64,000 nucleotides of DNA from Anthoceros angustus (taxonomy: Eukaryota; Plantae; Anthocerotophyta): positions 1,426,001-1,490,000 of the forward strand of contig VJWM01000019.1 of NCBI GenBank assembly GCA_010909165.1. The letters run 5' to 3'. Below the pieces are notes generated by a model. It was not told the origin of the DNA. It saw only the letters and a program-made list of their open reading frames with translations, and searched no databases. The translations under genes were made by a program, and so were the position numbers. Positions within the stretch are counted from its first letter, which is position 1. Each line of letters opens with the position of its first letter. Positions 35,448 to 47,900 of the stretch are shown here, piece after piece.

Positions 35448-35901
35448 TCTATTACACCCACAATGTCATATGCAGGAAGAATAAACGCCTGCAAACCAGG
35501 GAGGCGTCACCTATTGTCCAGGGGACCAAGTAACTACATCCAAGCACGCATTGAAAAAAAAAAACAAAAAAAAAAAGACGGCTGAGGTGAGGTAAGCGGC
35601 AGCTCCTTGCAGAATCCCTGTAGACATACCAATTTTGTTGGGTTCACAAGAGTCCCCGCCGACGCAACGTCCTTTAGCCCGGAGCGAGAACTGGGACGGC
35701 GCAGGGTCGACTAGATTGTAACGCAGATAACCACCGGGCAGCTTCAAGGTCTTGTGAACTCGTCTTGGTGGTTAAGCTCTCCTTGCGCAATGCCCTAAGC
35801 GTGGTGCGATGCCTGGAGAAGAACCTTCTCCAGGCCCAGGCCCAGGCCCAGGCCCCGCATTGGATCGACGTCAAGAGGTGTGCTAGTGGCGGTCGAGAAT
35901 C

Positions 35902-38900
35902 ATGGAGCAACCCTCAGCCATGGCGCCCCTGGAAGGAGAAGGGGACCCCGGCCAGCCTGCTGAGGATTCGCCGGGAACGGTGGGCGGGCGGTCGGCCATG
36001 GATTGCGTGGTGAACGTGAGGCAAGCGGACGGCGGTCTGCGAGCCTTCAAATTCACGCACAGGACCACCATCTTCGACGCTCTCAGGCAGGGAATCAGCG
36101 CGGCTCTGCATGTTCCCCTGAATGCCGTACACCTCAACTTCGAGGGACTGCTTGAAATCGGTGCCACTGTAGATGAGGAGGCATTGCAATTGCAAGATGG
36201 CCAGAGCATGGCTGCTGCCGATGGCGGCACCGGAGCAGGCCAGTCCGCTGCTGGCAAAGATGGATCCGGTACGGCTGGAGAGCAAGGCGGGTCAGGAGGC
36301 TCAGGAGATGGTGCCGGACAGGCTGGGAAAGGTGGATCACAAGGTGGAGATGGTGGAGCAACAGGCGCAGCGGGGACAGGCGGATCTGGAACTGGAGATG
36401 GATCCGGATCTGGAACTGGAGATGGTTCTGGAGCTGGTGCCGGTGCTGGTGCTGGTGCTGGTGCTGGTGCTGGTGCTGGTGCTGGTGCTGGTGCTGGTGC
36501 TGGTGCTGGTGCTGGTGCCGGTGCCGGTGCTGGTGCCGGTGCCGGTGCTGGTGCTGGTGCTGGCGCCGGTGCTGGTGCCGGTGCAGGCTCCGGCTCAGGT
36601 TCAGGATCCGGTTCCGGCTCCGGATCTGGATCCGGCTCAGGCACGGCGGGGAAGGGAGGAGACGGGGATGGAGGTGCGGATTCGGCAGGGAAGACGACGG
36701 GTCAGGACGGCACACTAGGGAGCTTGGACAAAGCAGGAGGAGCGGCGGTTACTACATCACCGAGCTCATGGGCAAGCAGTTCGGGAACAGGAGGAGATTC
36801 CGGGCAAGGAAGCAGGAAAGGCAGCGGTCGCGGTCGGAAATTTTCCCCCCGGTTTGCCCTGGGCGGGGACGGCGCAGCAGCAGGGCAAGGTGTTGACGGC
36901 AAGGCGGGAGGGGCTGGCTCCGGGACGGGCTCCAGCAAGGACTCATCTCCCGGGAGAGATGCGGCACTGAGGGATCTCAAGCAGCAGCTCACATCCATGC
37001 AGGAGCCCGGGGGACAGGCGGGCGACGGAGACGGCCAGAAGGTACCGAAACCCGGGCTCCGGTCCCGGAGAAGCTCTGCCTTGTATCCAGCTGAGTCCGC
37101 TCTCGGGCAGGGTAACTTCGTGGGAGAGCACGACAAGCTGGCCTGCGTGGTGGAGATTGCAGCCGTGGGAGACGACGGGGGCCAGGGGAAGACGATTCAG
37201 TTCGTGCATCGGGGCTCCATCAGCGATGCGCTCAAGCAGGGGCTCAGCGCGGCTCTGGAGGTGCCTAAGGAGCACATCTCGCTCAAATTCGACGGGGAAT
37301 CTGCGCACAGCTCGGAGGACGGCAGGAGTGACAGGGAAGGTCTGAGCCGCACCGGGTCGTCAGGGTCCTCGGGCGGGAGCCTGAGGCCGCGCTCTTCCAA
37401 GGCCCACGGCGGGGGGAGCTTGGATGGAATGGATGATGATCTGCGGCTTGAAACCGGGCAGGAGTGGCAGAATGCGAATTCCGATTCCGACGGGGAGGGC
37501 AACTGGCAGGCGGTGAGGGAGGAGAACCATCTCAATTGGCTCTGGTCGCTGGGATCCATGGACAACCCGGACTACATCAGAGTTGTGTTTCGACTTGCTA
37601 GGGACAAGGAACGCGAGTATGTTACTGCAGATTTCGCACCGCTTCCAAGATACTTGCTGGATGATCGACGGCCCGAGCATTACGCCCCTGGTGGCCCCTT
37701 CTCGAAGGTGGGTGATGGACACTTTGGGGCACCCTATGGAGAATCTCAGCTTACAGTATTTGAATACTTGCAAAAAGCTAAGGCGGGCAAATTGGCAAAA
37801 ACGCTGTGTGATAAAACGACAACCACGGGAGTCTCTGACAAGAAGTTCAGAAGGCCACTGAGTCCGATCCCATCACCTGAGCCCGATGTGAAGGTGACGG
37901 AGTTGATAGTGCGCATAGATAAGGGCGGAGGTGAGATGGTGGCACGGCGGGTGAATATCGATAGACATGAAGAAGGGCCCATCAAATATCTTGGAGGCTA
38001 TAAGGATAAGCGGAATGGTGAGTTGCAAGCATTTTAATTGAAAGTATTGAAGATGTTATAATTGGATGGGTGTATTTGAGAAAGCTTGTATAATTTTTTG
38101 TCTTGATTTTTTTATGTTTGCAGTATTATGTTCAATCACTAATGGCATAGTGGGGAGGCAGGCGCGATATTTCTGAATAGAGAGCAACAAACTCTTGATG
38201 AAAAAGAAAAGCCGGCTGCTATCAAAAAGGCGACCCGAGCAACACAAAAGTGTGAGGTGAAGCGGAATTTTCAAAACACAATTCGAGAAGCTCATACACA
38301 AATGGATAGGCGTGATGTGATGATGAATCATTGCTTCGATATTGTTAAAATACCGGGTCCCTATAAAGATTCAGTATGGTGGGAATGGAATCGAAATCGA
38401 GCTGCTGTTATTATACAACGGTACACACGTAGACTAATTGCAAAACACTTGGCAGCTCAAATGCGAAAGCATAGAGAAGAAATGAAAAAGGTATGTGTGC
38501 ATTTGACACAAAAGTATTTTGAAGCTTTAAGTTATATTTGATTTGTTAATTAAATTTGTTGTTTGCAATGAATTTTTTTTAAGTTCTTTGTAGAGCAAGA
38601 AAGGTTAGAGAGAGACGATGCAAAAGCTACATTACGCTATGAGATACAACGTAGAATGCATCCAGAGACATCGGCAGACTTTGATATTTTATACTCCGAA
38701 CTTGAAGCTTGGCGTTACCAAGTAGGAAAAATTACCTTGAGTAATCTCCTTTCAGTTTTTTGGATATAGTTTGATATAATACTAAATTTATAACATCCTT
38801 GTGAATAGGAAACTAAGAAGATACATGCTATGAATCTCGGTAAAGAAGAGCATGTAAAAGCCCTTCAGGATTTGTTGTATAAAGTAAGTATCATGTCGGT

Positions 38901-39717
38901 TCAAATAAAAAAGAACCTACCAAGAGCTGTATAAAGGTTTACGCTATGCTATGCTATGCTAACCACTTATCCATGGAGATACAGGAAACTAAGCTTTTGC
39001 AGAAAATCACAAAAATGAAGAGAGCAGCAAATGAGAAAATTAACCAAGATATAATTGCTAAGAAAATGACAAAGATGAGTACACCTAAAGTATGGGAGCT
39101 CGTAAATGGGGCAGTGGTACATGTCACCACTCCGAAGACAGCTCGAGCTTCTGATTTGATGCACGTAAGAAAGAATTTCCCTTCTCTAAACTAAATCAAG
39201 CTAAACTTGCAGAAAGTCTTTAACTTAATCTTGTAGGAATAGAAAAATATATACAAATAATAACACACTTTTTAATGAAGGACAGCTTTATTTTGCATTG
39301 GCCAAGGATGCAAACTCTATTGATGAACGAATGGGTGTGCTCGGATACATAAAGTGGACAGTACAAGAATATGATACAGGTCTTTGTAAAGAGATTTTAG
39401 CTCTCATTGAACGAGAAGCTGATTTTATGTATAGGGGACGACCCATAAAATCCATTACTGGATTACGACAACGTATTCTAAACTTATTTTTAATGGTAAA
39501 CGTTATATTATGTGTGAAGGATTTTATATAATAAGTTTTTTATATTAATAAATTTAGTAACGATTCGCTTTGGTGGTGCATGCAGTTTATAGAAACTCCA
39601 GCATTCAATCCTGAAGCCACGATGTATGAATACATACATGCTGACTTCGATGGTGCAAACATGCAGTCCCCAACAAGAAGAGCAAGGCCAGGTCCCGTCC
39701 AAGTAAAAGCAATGTAG
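35902..39717 (+). CDS. IQUB: IQ and ubiquitin-like domain protein (IQUB/FAP253-like flagellar radial-spoke component) with a long Gly-rich N-terminal extension
   Basis: KYLGGYKDKRNG, IQ motif (AAVIIQRYTRRLIAK), RRMHPETSADFDILYSELEAWR, ETKLLQKI, PKVWELVNG, YDTGLCKEILALIEREAD...GLRQRILNLFL and FIETPAFNPEA follow the order of IQUB conserved blocks. First intron 38018-38161. Confidence 0.85.
36430..36639 (+). repeat. In-frame hexamer repeat encoding (Gly-Ala)26(Gly-Ser)9
   Basis: (GGTGCT/GGTGCC)n at 36430-36585, then Gly-Ser with varied codons at 36586-36639. Confidence 0.95.
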
Positions 39718-40194
39718 TTTCTTTTAGATCTGTACTTGATCAGTGAGAGAGTTATATAGAAACGAGTCTAGCACTGGGTAAACAACTGGGAGCAAATGCA
39801 TATGCAGACCTAATCCATAAAGCAAGGTAAATAAATCTAGGAGGTGAAAGTGAAACGCGGGTCGGGTCGAGTCTGGGCGGGATGGGACGGGGGGGGTCTA
39901 CACGGGAGCGGGGTCACGGTGAGGGGAAGCTGGCAACCATAAAAACCGTCAGGCTGCGGGCAACCGCCGTCTTCCTCGCTACCGCCGCGCGCTGGGCGAG
40001 CCAAAGTCAGGCAAGGAAGCGAGCATCGCTACTGCCACTGCCACAGCCGCGTCTGCAGCTGCAGCTGCCCGAATCGCGCACGTCACGCTGTGGAGTGGAT
40101 GAAGGAAGAAGCAATCGAGGGCAAGGGCTAGGAGAGATCGCGATCGCGGTTGGCGCTGCTGCAGGGAATTGCAAGCCGGGAGAGAGGAGAGGAG

Positions 40195-41532
40195 ATGAGA
40201 GAAATTCTGCACATCCAGGGCGGGCAATGCGGGAACCAGATCGGGGCCAAGTTCTGGGAAGTGATATGCGATGAGCACGGAATCGACCCGACGGGCACGT
40301 ACCATGGCGACTCGGACCTGCAGCTGGAGCGCATCAACGTCTACTTCAACGAGGCCTCGGGGGGGCGGTACGTGCCGCGCGCGGTGCTCATGGACCTGGA
40401 GCCGGGCACCATGGACAGCGTGAGGTCGGGGCCCTACGGCCAGATCTTCCGCCCGGACAACTTCATCTTCGGGCAGACTGGGGCGGGCAACAACTGGGCC
40501 AAGGGCCACTACACGGAGGGGGCCGAGCTCATCGACAGCGTCCTGGACGTGGTGCGCAAGGAGGCCGAGAGCTGCGACTGCCTCCAGGGCATGCAGGTGT
40601 GCCACTCCATGGGCGGGGGCACGGGATCCGGCATGGGCACCCTCCTCATCTCCAAGATCCGGGAGGAGTACCCCGACCGGATGATGGTCACCTTCAGCAT
40701 CGTCCCTTCCCCGAAGGTCTCCGACACCGTGGTGGAGCCCTACAACGCCACCCTGTCTGTGCACCAGCTGGTGGAGAACAGCGACGAGTGCATGTGCCTG
40801 GACAACGAGGCGCTCTACGACATCTGCTTCCGAACCCTGAAGCTCACCACCCCGACGTTCGGGGACCTGAACCACCTCATCAGCGCTACCATGAGCGGCA
40901 TCACCTGCTCCCTCAGATTCCCGGGCCAGCTCAACAGCGATCTGCGGAAGCTGGCGGTGAACCTGGTGCCCTTCCCCCGCCTGCATTTCTTCATGGTAGG
41001 CTTCGCCCCGCTCACCTCCCGGGGCTCGCAGCAGTACCGCGCGCTCACCGTGCCGGAGCTGACACAGCAGATGTGGGACGCCAAGAACATGATGTGCGCG
41101 GCAGATCCCCGCCACGGCCGATACCTCACCGCCTCCGCCATGTTCCGGGGTAGGATGTCCACCAAGGAGGTGGACGAGCAGATGCTGAACGTGCAGAACA
41201 AGAACTCGTCCTACTTCGTGGAGTGGATCCCTAACAACGTCAAGTGCTCCGTCTGCGATATCCCGCCCAAGGGCCTCAAGATGTCCGCCACCTTCATCGG
41301 CAACAGCACCGCCATCCAGGAGATGTTCAAGCGCGTCAGCGAGCAGTTCACCGCCATGTTCCGGAGAAAGGCTTTCTTGCATTGGTACACCGGCGAGGGC
41401 ATGGACGAGATGGAGTTCACCGAGGCCGAGAGCAACATGAACGACTTGGTGTCCGAGTACCAGCAGTACCAGGACGCCTCTGCCGACGAGGAAGGCGAGT
41501 TTGAGGAGGAGGAGGAGGCTGCTGCTGCCTAG
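40195..41532 (+). CDS. TUB: Beta-tubulin, intronless, strongly GC3-biased (445 aa)
   Basis: Complete uninterrupted ORF from MREILHIQ to [20 protein letters not shown]. Confidence 0.97.
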   Translation: MREILHIQGGQCGNQIGAKFWEVICDEHGIDPTGTYHGDSDLQLERINVYFNEASGGRYVPRAVLMDLEPGTMDSVRSGPYGQIFRPDNFIFGQTGAGNNWAKGHYTEGAELIDSVLDVVRKEAESCDCLQGMQVCHSMGGGTGSGMGTLLISKIREEYPDRMMVTFSIVPSPKVSDTVVEPYNATLSVHQLVENSDECMCLDNEALYDICFRTLKLTTPTFGDLNHLISATMSGITCSLRFPGQLNSDLRKLAVNLVPFPRLHFFMVGFAPLTSRGSQQYRALTVPELTQQMWDAKNMMCAADPRHGRYLTASAMFRGRMSTKEVDEQMLNVQNKNSSYFVEWIPNNVKCSVCDIPPKGLKMSATFIGNSTAIQEMFKRVSEQFTAMFRRKAFLHWYTGEGMDEMEFTEAESNMNDLVSEYQQYQDASADEEGEFEEEEEAAAA

Positions 41533-41559
41533 TAGCCTTGGCCACCCCCAGATCTCCCC

Positions 41560-41612
41560 CTGCTGCTGCTGCTGCTGCTGCTGCTCCTGCCGCCATGCTG
41601 CTGCTGCTGCTG
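41560..41612 (+). repeat. Interrupted (CTG)n microsatellite in the beta-tubulin 3' region; a (CA)n tract follows at about 41787-41813
   Basis: Directly visible simple repeats. Confidence 0.85.
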
Positions 41613-41980
41613 TATATAACACATCAACCCTAGGCCTCCAGCATCTACCACACGTCTTGTTCTGCTGTCTTGTGATGATATTCTGTCTCACCTGCCTGTG
41701 ATGCTGTCGAGAATCTCCTACCTTGTACTAGAACTTCTGATAGGTGTATGTACTATTTAGGACACTTTGACACACACTTGCACAGGCACACGCACACACA
41801 CACACACACACACGGAATGCACCACGGGCGAGGATGATAAGCCTTGTGAATAAAACAGAGGAAGAGTTCTGCATGGTTGCATCTCTCACGACCAGTCACA
41901 AAGTCGGCTAGCAAGGAAGGCAGGGAGGAAGGGAGGAAGGAAGCCTTGCAGAGAAGGAAGGAAAGCCAGAACCCTAGAGA

Positions 41981-42799
41981 TCAGTCCCGCTTCTGGTCGG
42001 CACAGTGTGCGAGGGAGAGGACGGAGGCGAGGCGATCGGGGTTCAGCCCGATCTCATCCTCCTGCTCTTGGTGCAGGAGGAGGCTGTCGGGCTCCGCCTC
42101 GTCGTCCTCATCGGGGGGGACCCAGGAGAGGCCGAAATTAGGGTCGCTGGCGAGGATGTCATGGCGTTGCTTGAGCTGCTGTTCCAACAGGACGGCGGCG
42201 TTCACCACGTCCTCGAACACCTTGGAGAGCTTGCAATCGGAATCCGCGTCCGGCACAGCTGCGCGGCCAGCTTCCAGGACCTTGAGAGTGCGCTCCAGGC
42301 TGAGGATCTCGCCGTCGATCTGCGAGGACTTGCGCTCGGCTGCAGCGAGCCGCTTGCGCCAGTACGCCAGGGCGGCCTCCTGCTCCTCCTCCGTGAAGGC
42401 GAGGCCGGGGCTGCCGTCGCTGCTGTCGTCGCTGCTGGAGCTCATGCGGTCGCCATCGGCGTCGGCGGTGCCGTCCGCCGGGTCTGCGGCGAGGCCTCGC
42501 TCGGGAAGGATGGCTTCCAGCCTGTCGCAGTATTCCTCCCAGTGCGCAATGTTCATGTGCACATTGTCCTGCACCTTCTGGTACAGCTCGTCCGCGCCCG
42601 TCTGGATGGCGTCCAGATCGTCCTCCTCCTCCTGCACCAGCCCGTAGGTCTTGTAGCCCACACGCTCTTCCATCATCCCGCCTCTGCTGAACGCGATTTG
42701 CAAACCCTGGAGGAGGGCCGTGTAGGCAGCGAAGGGGGGCGAGCGGTTGTGCCAGCCAGCCTGCTCGATCTCAAACGTAACGTCTTTCCAGCATCCCAT
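41981..42799 (-). CDS. Single-exon coiled-coil protein, probable divergent MIS12 kinetochore homolog
   Basis: GADELYQKVQDNVHMNIAHWEEYCDRL and AALAYWRKRLAAAERKSSQIDGEILSLERT resemble the plant Mis12 blocks ..LD.RL..WEKYCLR and AELDSLR.KL..VGK.S.EL..ELQALER. Codon usage looks genic. Confidence 0.55.
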   Translation of the reverse strand: MGCWKDVTFEIEQAGWHNRSPPFAAYTALLQGLQIAFSRGGMMEERVGYKTYGLVQEEEDDLDAIQTGADELYQKVQDNVHMNIAHWEEYCDRLEAILPERGLAADPADGTADADGDRMSSSSDDSSDGSPGLAFTEEEQEAALAYWRKRLAAAERKSSQIDGEILSLERTLKVLEAGRAAVPDADSDCKLSKVFEDVVNAAVLLEQQLKQRHDILASDPNFGLSWVPPDEDDEAEPDSLLLHQEQEDEIGLNPDRLASVLSLAHCADQKRD

Positions 42800-43034
42800 C
42801 TCCGGGATTCTCCCCTAACCACGTACGTAGTGTAGTTACACCTGGAGACGAAGGAGCAACGCTACACTGATGCTTCCTCTCGTCGCCTCTCCTCCCCTCC
42901 CTGGCTATTACACTCAGGGCCAATCTCACTCTCTACCTGCCAAAATCTGCAAGGACTGTCTGCCCTCGATGAGCTCGATCAATGGATAAGCCCAGACACC
43001 TGGGAGTGTCTTGTAACCCTACTGCAGAAGCCTC

Positions 43035-44616
43035 TCAAGCTGCCCTTCTGATGGCTTCATATCCGCCAGCTTCGAGCTGTGCTGCCAGGGACACATCACC
43101 TGTTTTGATGATGCGACCTCCTTCCTGCACAACCCAGGGTAGACAGGAGGTCAGGTCATAGTCTTGGAGACCTCAGGGAATACAATGGCTCACAAAACTT
43201 TGGCTCCAGCTCCCCACACTGACCATGATGTGCACGTAAGTGGGGTTGATGTACTCCAGAAGCCGCTGATAGTGAGTGATCATGAGGACGGCGTTGTCTG
43301 GCCTGCGGAGGCCGTTGATGGCCTTGGCAACATCCCTGAGAGCATCTACGTCAAGCCCAGAGTCTATTTCATCCAAGATGGCCAGATCTGCTTCCAGCAC
43401 CTGTGAAACGACATGTGAGAAACGATCCCACATAAGTGTGCAGGAACCTTGTGCGTGCTCAATTCACAGACAAGGACTGGATGAGGAGAAGGGGAAAGGA
43501 GATGGCACCACACCGCAAGCTGTAGAATCTCATTCCTCTTCTTCTCGCCGCCACTGAAACCTTCATTGACGTTACGGTCCAAGAAGGTTGGATCCATGTT
43601 GAGAGCCTCCAGCTTCGGACCCAAGTAGCTGTAAAACTATAACGAGCCATGGCAGCAGACACCAGTTCAGTAAAACAAGGCCATCTAAGATAAGTGCGCA
43701 GGAGGATGAAGTCAGGCAAGCCATACCTCAAGGGGACCGAGCTCTGGGCGGCCAAGTACTTTTTGCCGGGCGTTGTAGGCCATGAGCAGAAAGTCCATGT
43801 TGCTCACTCCTGGAATTTCTATGGGAGACTGGAAGCTCAGAAACAGGCCTGCATGACTTCTCTCCTCGGGCTCCTTCTCCAGCAAGTCGTCACCTTTGAA
43901 GATGGCTGTTCCAGATGTGACAGCGTAGTCTGGGTGCCCAACCAGAACCTGGGACGCCACAAGCATGCCTGTCAGGCCACGCGAATGCCACTTCTCTTCC
44001 TCTCATGTTACCGCACAATGGTCGCAGAAAGACAACCTGCAACACATCAAATAAAATAAAAGCAATACAAGACAGCCGAAAACAAGACTGACCTTGGAGA
44101 GCGTACTCTTGCCTGATCCATTCTTCCCCATTATGGCATGGACCTGGCCGCATAGAGAAGGAATGAGCAACAATCCCAACCCACCAGAACCCACAACGAC
44201 CCTAGAATCGTCCTTGCTCAGCTCACCTCGCCCTCCTTGATGACGAGGTCGACACCTTTGAGAATCTCCTTGCCGGAGTCGGACACCACAGCCGATAGAC
44301 CTCGCACCTCTAAGATGGTCTTAGCACCGCCTGCACCATCTGCCACGGCCTGCTCTTGCTCCGTAGCCACGGCCGCCTTCACCTGCTGCAGATGCAGCTG
44401 CGAAGGCGAAGAGGAGGAGGAGGAAACATCTGCAGCTACAGCTGCACTCACTCTGACGCTCAGGCTGAGGAGGGCATCCCCACAGACGGCAGCCGTGGCC
44501 CGGGGGAAGCTCAGAGCGCCAGTGCCATTTGCATTCCTGCTGCGCCTTGGCACTTGGTCACACAAGACGGCAGAACAGGGGCATCTCACCGCTCGCTGCC
44601 CTTGCAAGCAAGCCAT
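43035..44616 (-). CDS. ABCI6: Plastid Fe-S assembly ABC ATPase SufC (ABCI6/NAP7), multi-exon, with transit peptide
   Basis: ILKGVDLVIKEGE, Walker A HAIMGKNGSGKSTLSK, GLFLSFQSPIEIPGVSN, signature NEGFSGGEKKRNEILQL, Walker B LAILDEIDSGLDVDAL, H-loop LMITHYQRLL and last exon EGGRIIKTGD...GGYEAI. Confidence 0.95.
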
Positions 44617-44946
44617 CGCCACGGAGCCCAGTGGTAGGCGATTGAGAATCGCAGGCGGTCACGGGACCGAATGGAATATGACAATGAAGCATAGCTCAAC
44701 TGCCGTCACAGCGGGTTGGCTGAGAGAAAGGCGATCGTTGAAAACACTTTCATACATATGCTTAGTATAGTACAAACAAGTCCATGGAAATGGAAGAATG
44801 TGACGTACTTTCCCTTGAAAAAGCCAGGGATAAAGGAACTACCAGCTACAAAAGGGGGGAAATGGCAATGTACAACCTCAACAAGGGCGAAAACTTTCTC
44901 CATAAAGGAACTAATCTAGTCACAGAAGAGCAAGCAGGCTTTGATT

Positions 44947-47900
44947 TTATCTCAAAGTGATCTGCCCGCCTACTACAGATGCGCCTGCATTGATGGCATC
45001 ACGAACAAAGTCATCACAAGACGTGCAGCCACCTGAAAAGGCGTCCCCCAGAGCTCCCATCACATCCAGAGCTTCCTGCACATCATCCACACTCTGCATC
45101 TCTTCCAGCCACTCCAGTAGGTCCTTGGAGAATCCCAGCATCGAGCTCACATCCCTTAGCCTCTCCTTCATCACAGCCTCCCAGGGTTCCATGCCGGTTA
45201 CGGTTACACTGGACCCTGGGGAGTCTAGGCCACTGTCCGAGCTGCCAGGTGTCGAAACCTTGCGTTGATCCAACTCCAGCTGATCCACATCTCGCCCAGC
45301 ACCTTTGGCAAAGGGCACACCGCTTTTGAAATAATGCTGCATCCTGTCCACCAGACCTATATAAACAAGCATCGGATGCAACACCAGAAACAACTGCTTC
45401 CTACTGATGGAACTTCCACCACCTGCACCCCTGCCCTCCCTCTCCCTGAGATCCTCCGAGCTGTGCTTTGGGAGAGAGGAGTCAGAAGTAGTTGTTGTGC
45501 TGGCTAAAGGAGAAGGGGAACTAGGGGCTGCAGGTGGATTTCTTACAGGTGAAGGGGCGGAGGATACAGGAGGACTGGGAGACGCATTTGGCAACACAGC
45601 ACGACCCTGCTTATGTTGGGCATAGGCGTGCAATATGGCCCGTTGCAGAAAGGTGCGTCTGTGCTGGAGCCAATCATCCAGTGACTGCAACAGAAGTGAC
45701 TGCACCATCATAAACTGAACAGTTTCATCCGAGCTTCCGGTGCCTGACCTTGAGGGCTGAGGTGTTGTAGGAGTTGACGGCTTGAAACCTGTTCCAGACT
45801 CTCCCTGTGTATCTGCTGAGATGCTAGAGATGGGAGAGATGTATGAAGCCAATGATTTTGCTTGGAGACGGCGTTGACTAGCCCCTCCCTGATCCAGCAA
45901 GTGTCTAGCCATTTGAATCATGAAAGGAAGAAGCCGGGAATTACTCTCTCGCCCACCACCCTTACAGTCAACACTGAATGATGCACCTGTCGCAAATCTC
46001 CCAAGCATCTGGAGACCATTTGAAACAATTAGAGGCACGGAGAGATGGGATCAACGGACAAAACACGACAAGGAAAGGTAACAGAAAGCATGAGTTGCAT
46101 CAAACGAGGTAAAGCTGAAGTACCAAAACAATATCATATATCAGCAAACGAACACGGCTTCCGTCGGCCCGGCCAAGGGCACTGAGGTTGTCCCAGTGAT
46201 GATCCACACATCTGGAATACTGCACCAAGGGAACGGCTGGACCTCGGAGTGGGAACAAATTGTTGCATAGAGTCTCACTGTTCCGAAGTGTAGCACCCTC
46301 CCATTCCTTTTTGGGATTCTTCAAAGACGCATCTGCGCGCTTTGCTTCCTGATGACACTGGAAATGAATCACATTGAAGTGACTCACCGTGGTGTATACC
46401 CATTCTGCCCTGGCTTGGGTACCTGTGCTGGAACCCAGATTCACTCGTTTGCTATAGCAATAGGTGCCAAGCATGTCTGTTGGCCTTAATCGGTATCCTT
46501 CTCTACACACCATGCATGCTAACCCCGCCTCCTCTTCTTCTATCTCTTCCAGACCCTCAATATCTGGCCTTGAAACAAGAATCCTCTCCCCTCCATCAGA
46601 TCTCACTTCGCTGCGCATACCCAAGCCCTGCCAAACATGCCTTTCACAGTCAGCACAACATCATATGGCTTTCATCAATTGTCAACGAGCATGAGAACAG
46701 CCCCAGCATCTACCTCTAGAAGCTCTTCTCTTTTCCGCAGCGCCCTGCGGCGCTTCTCATCTCTTGTGGCATGTCTCAGGTTTGCAACCTTGTCGGGCAA
46801 GAAACCAACACCAGTGCCGTCCTTATCTGCCAATGTGTCCAGCAAGTTCTCTGCCCTGGCTCCAATTTCATTCTCACCAGCCACACCCTCTAAGGCATGC
46901 AGAAGTGGTAACACACCTTCCTCATCTAAACACTTTTGTGTCAACTTGTGCCCTTTTGACAAGCCCCTCAACAGCAACAAAATGATGGGGACAGAGGGCA
47001 TCTCCAGCCCACGAGTCCATTCAGATGTTGCTTTATAGTCAGCAGCCCTGCCGATTGCAGGAAACGCATTCTTCAGATACTGAATAGCCCCTGAGCAAAC
47101 ACGTGGCAAGTATAAGTACACATGCTTGAGAACTAGCAATTGATCCTCTACCCAAAAGGGATAGACAAGCTCCTGTACCTTTTGTGATCCCCTTCTCCAT
47201 TATCACGTTCTTCAGCCTCTCGCCATTGGAATTCACCTGTATGGACTCAGTCACTCGAACAAAATTCTCCAGAGAAAATTGATGTTCCGCTGCTTGCTGT
47301 GCTAGTCCTTCGTCTTTCATATTATCACGATGCTGCTTCTGCAGTTTATCAAAAGCACCCCAATCCTTGAGGTAAGGCATGAAATGCTTCACCAGAACCT
47401 CCATAGCAGTTTGCTCTCCATACGTCAAGTACGGCAAAATCCGGGCCACTGTATCATTGTTCCGTTGCTGCTTGTTGGACTTGTGTACTGCTGCAGGATG
47501 AGAGAGTCGCTCAAGGAACATCAGCACAGCATTTGCAGCCTGCCCATCAGTTCTGTCTAGCGCCTTGAATGGGCTTGAATTGCTCTCGACCACGCCAACA
47601 TCATTCTCATTGGCCTCGGTGACAAGGCTCTCAACGATGAGCAGCAGTCCCTCTGCTGGCTCGGCAGCGTCAGTTGAGAAAGCCCGTCGAGCTGTATCGA
47701 GCAACACCTTCAAAGCATCAAGCTGAAGAAGAGCCTGCCTGTTTGCCCGAATTTTGCAACAATACATTAGAAGTTTCAGCACCAATGCCACCTCCTCCTG
47801 CCCACATCTAATCTCTTCGTCGCTGAGTTGCTGCCAATCCACAAAGACAGCCATTTGAGATCCTTTCCCCCAGAAGAAGTGCAATATTATAGAGTGGCAG

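Noticed and set aside
35883-36718. Poly-PA, poly-HQ and poly-VL ORFs
   Set aside because: Alternative frames and strands of the (GGTGCT)n repeat; only the Gly-Ala frame connects to the IQUB core.
39979-41691. 570-aa minus-strand ORF
   Set aside because: Classic antisense ORF produced by extreme GC3 bias in the beta-tubulin.
42005-42835. 276-aa plus-strand ORF
   Set aside because: Antisense shadow of the MIS12-like gene.
1934-44616. Several organelle-targeted genes (mTERF, PPR, ABC1K9, SFR2, SufC) as a possible cluster
   Set aside because: They are interspersed with unrelated genes, and such genes are common enough for this to be chance.
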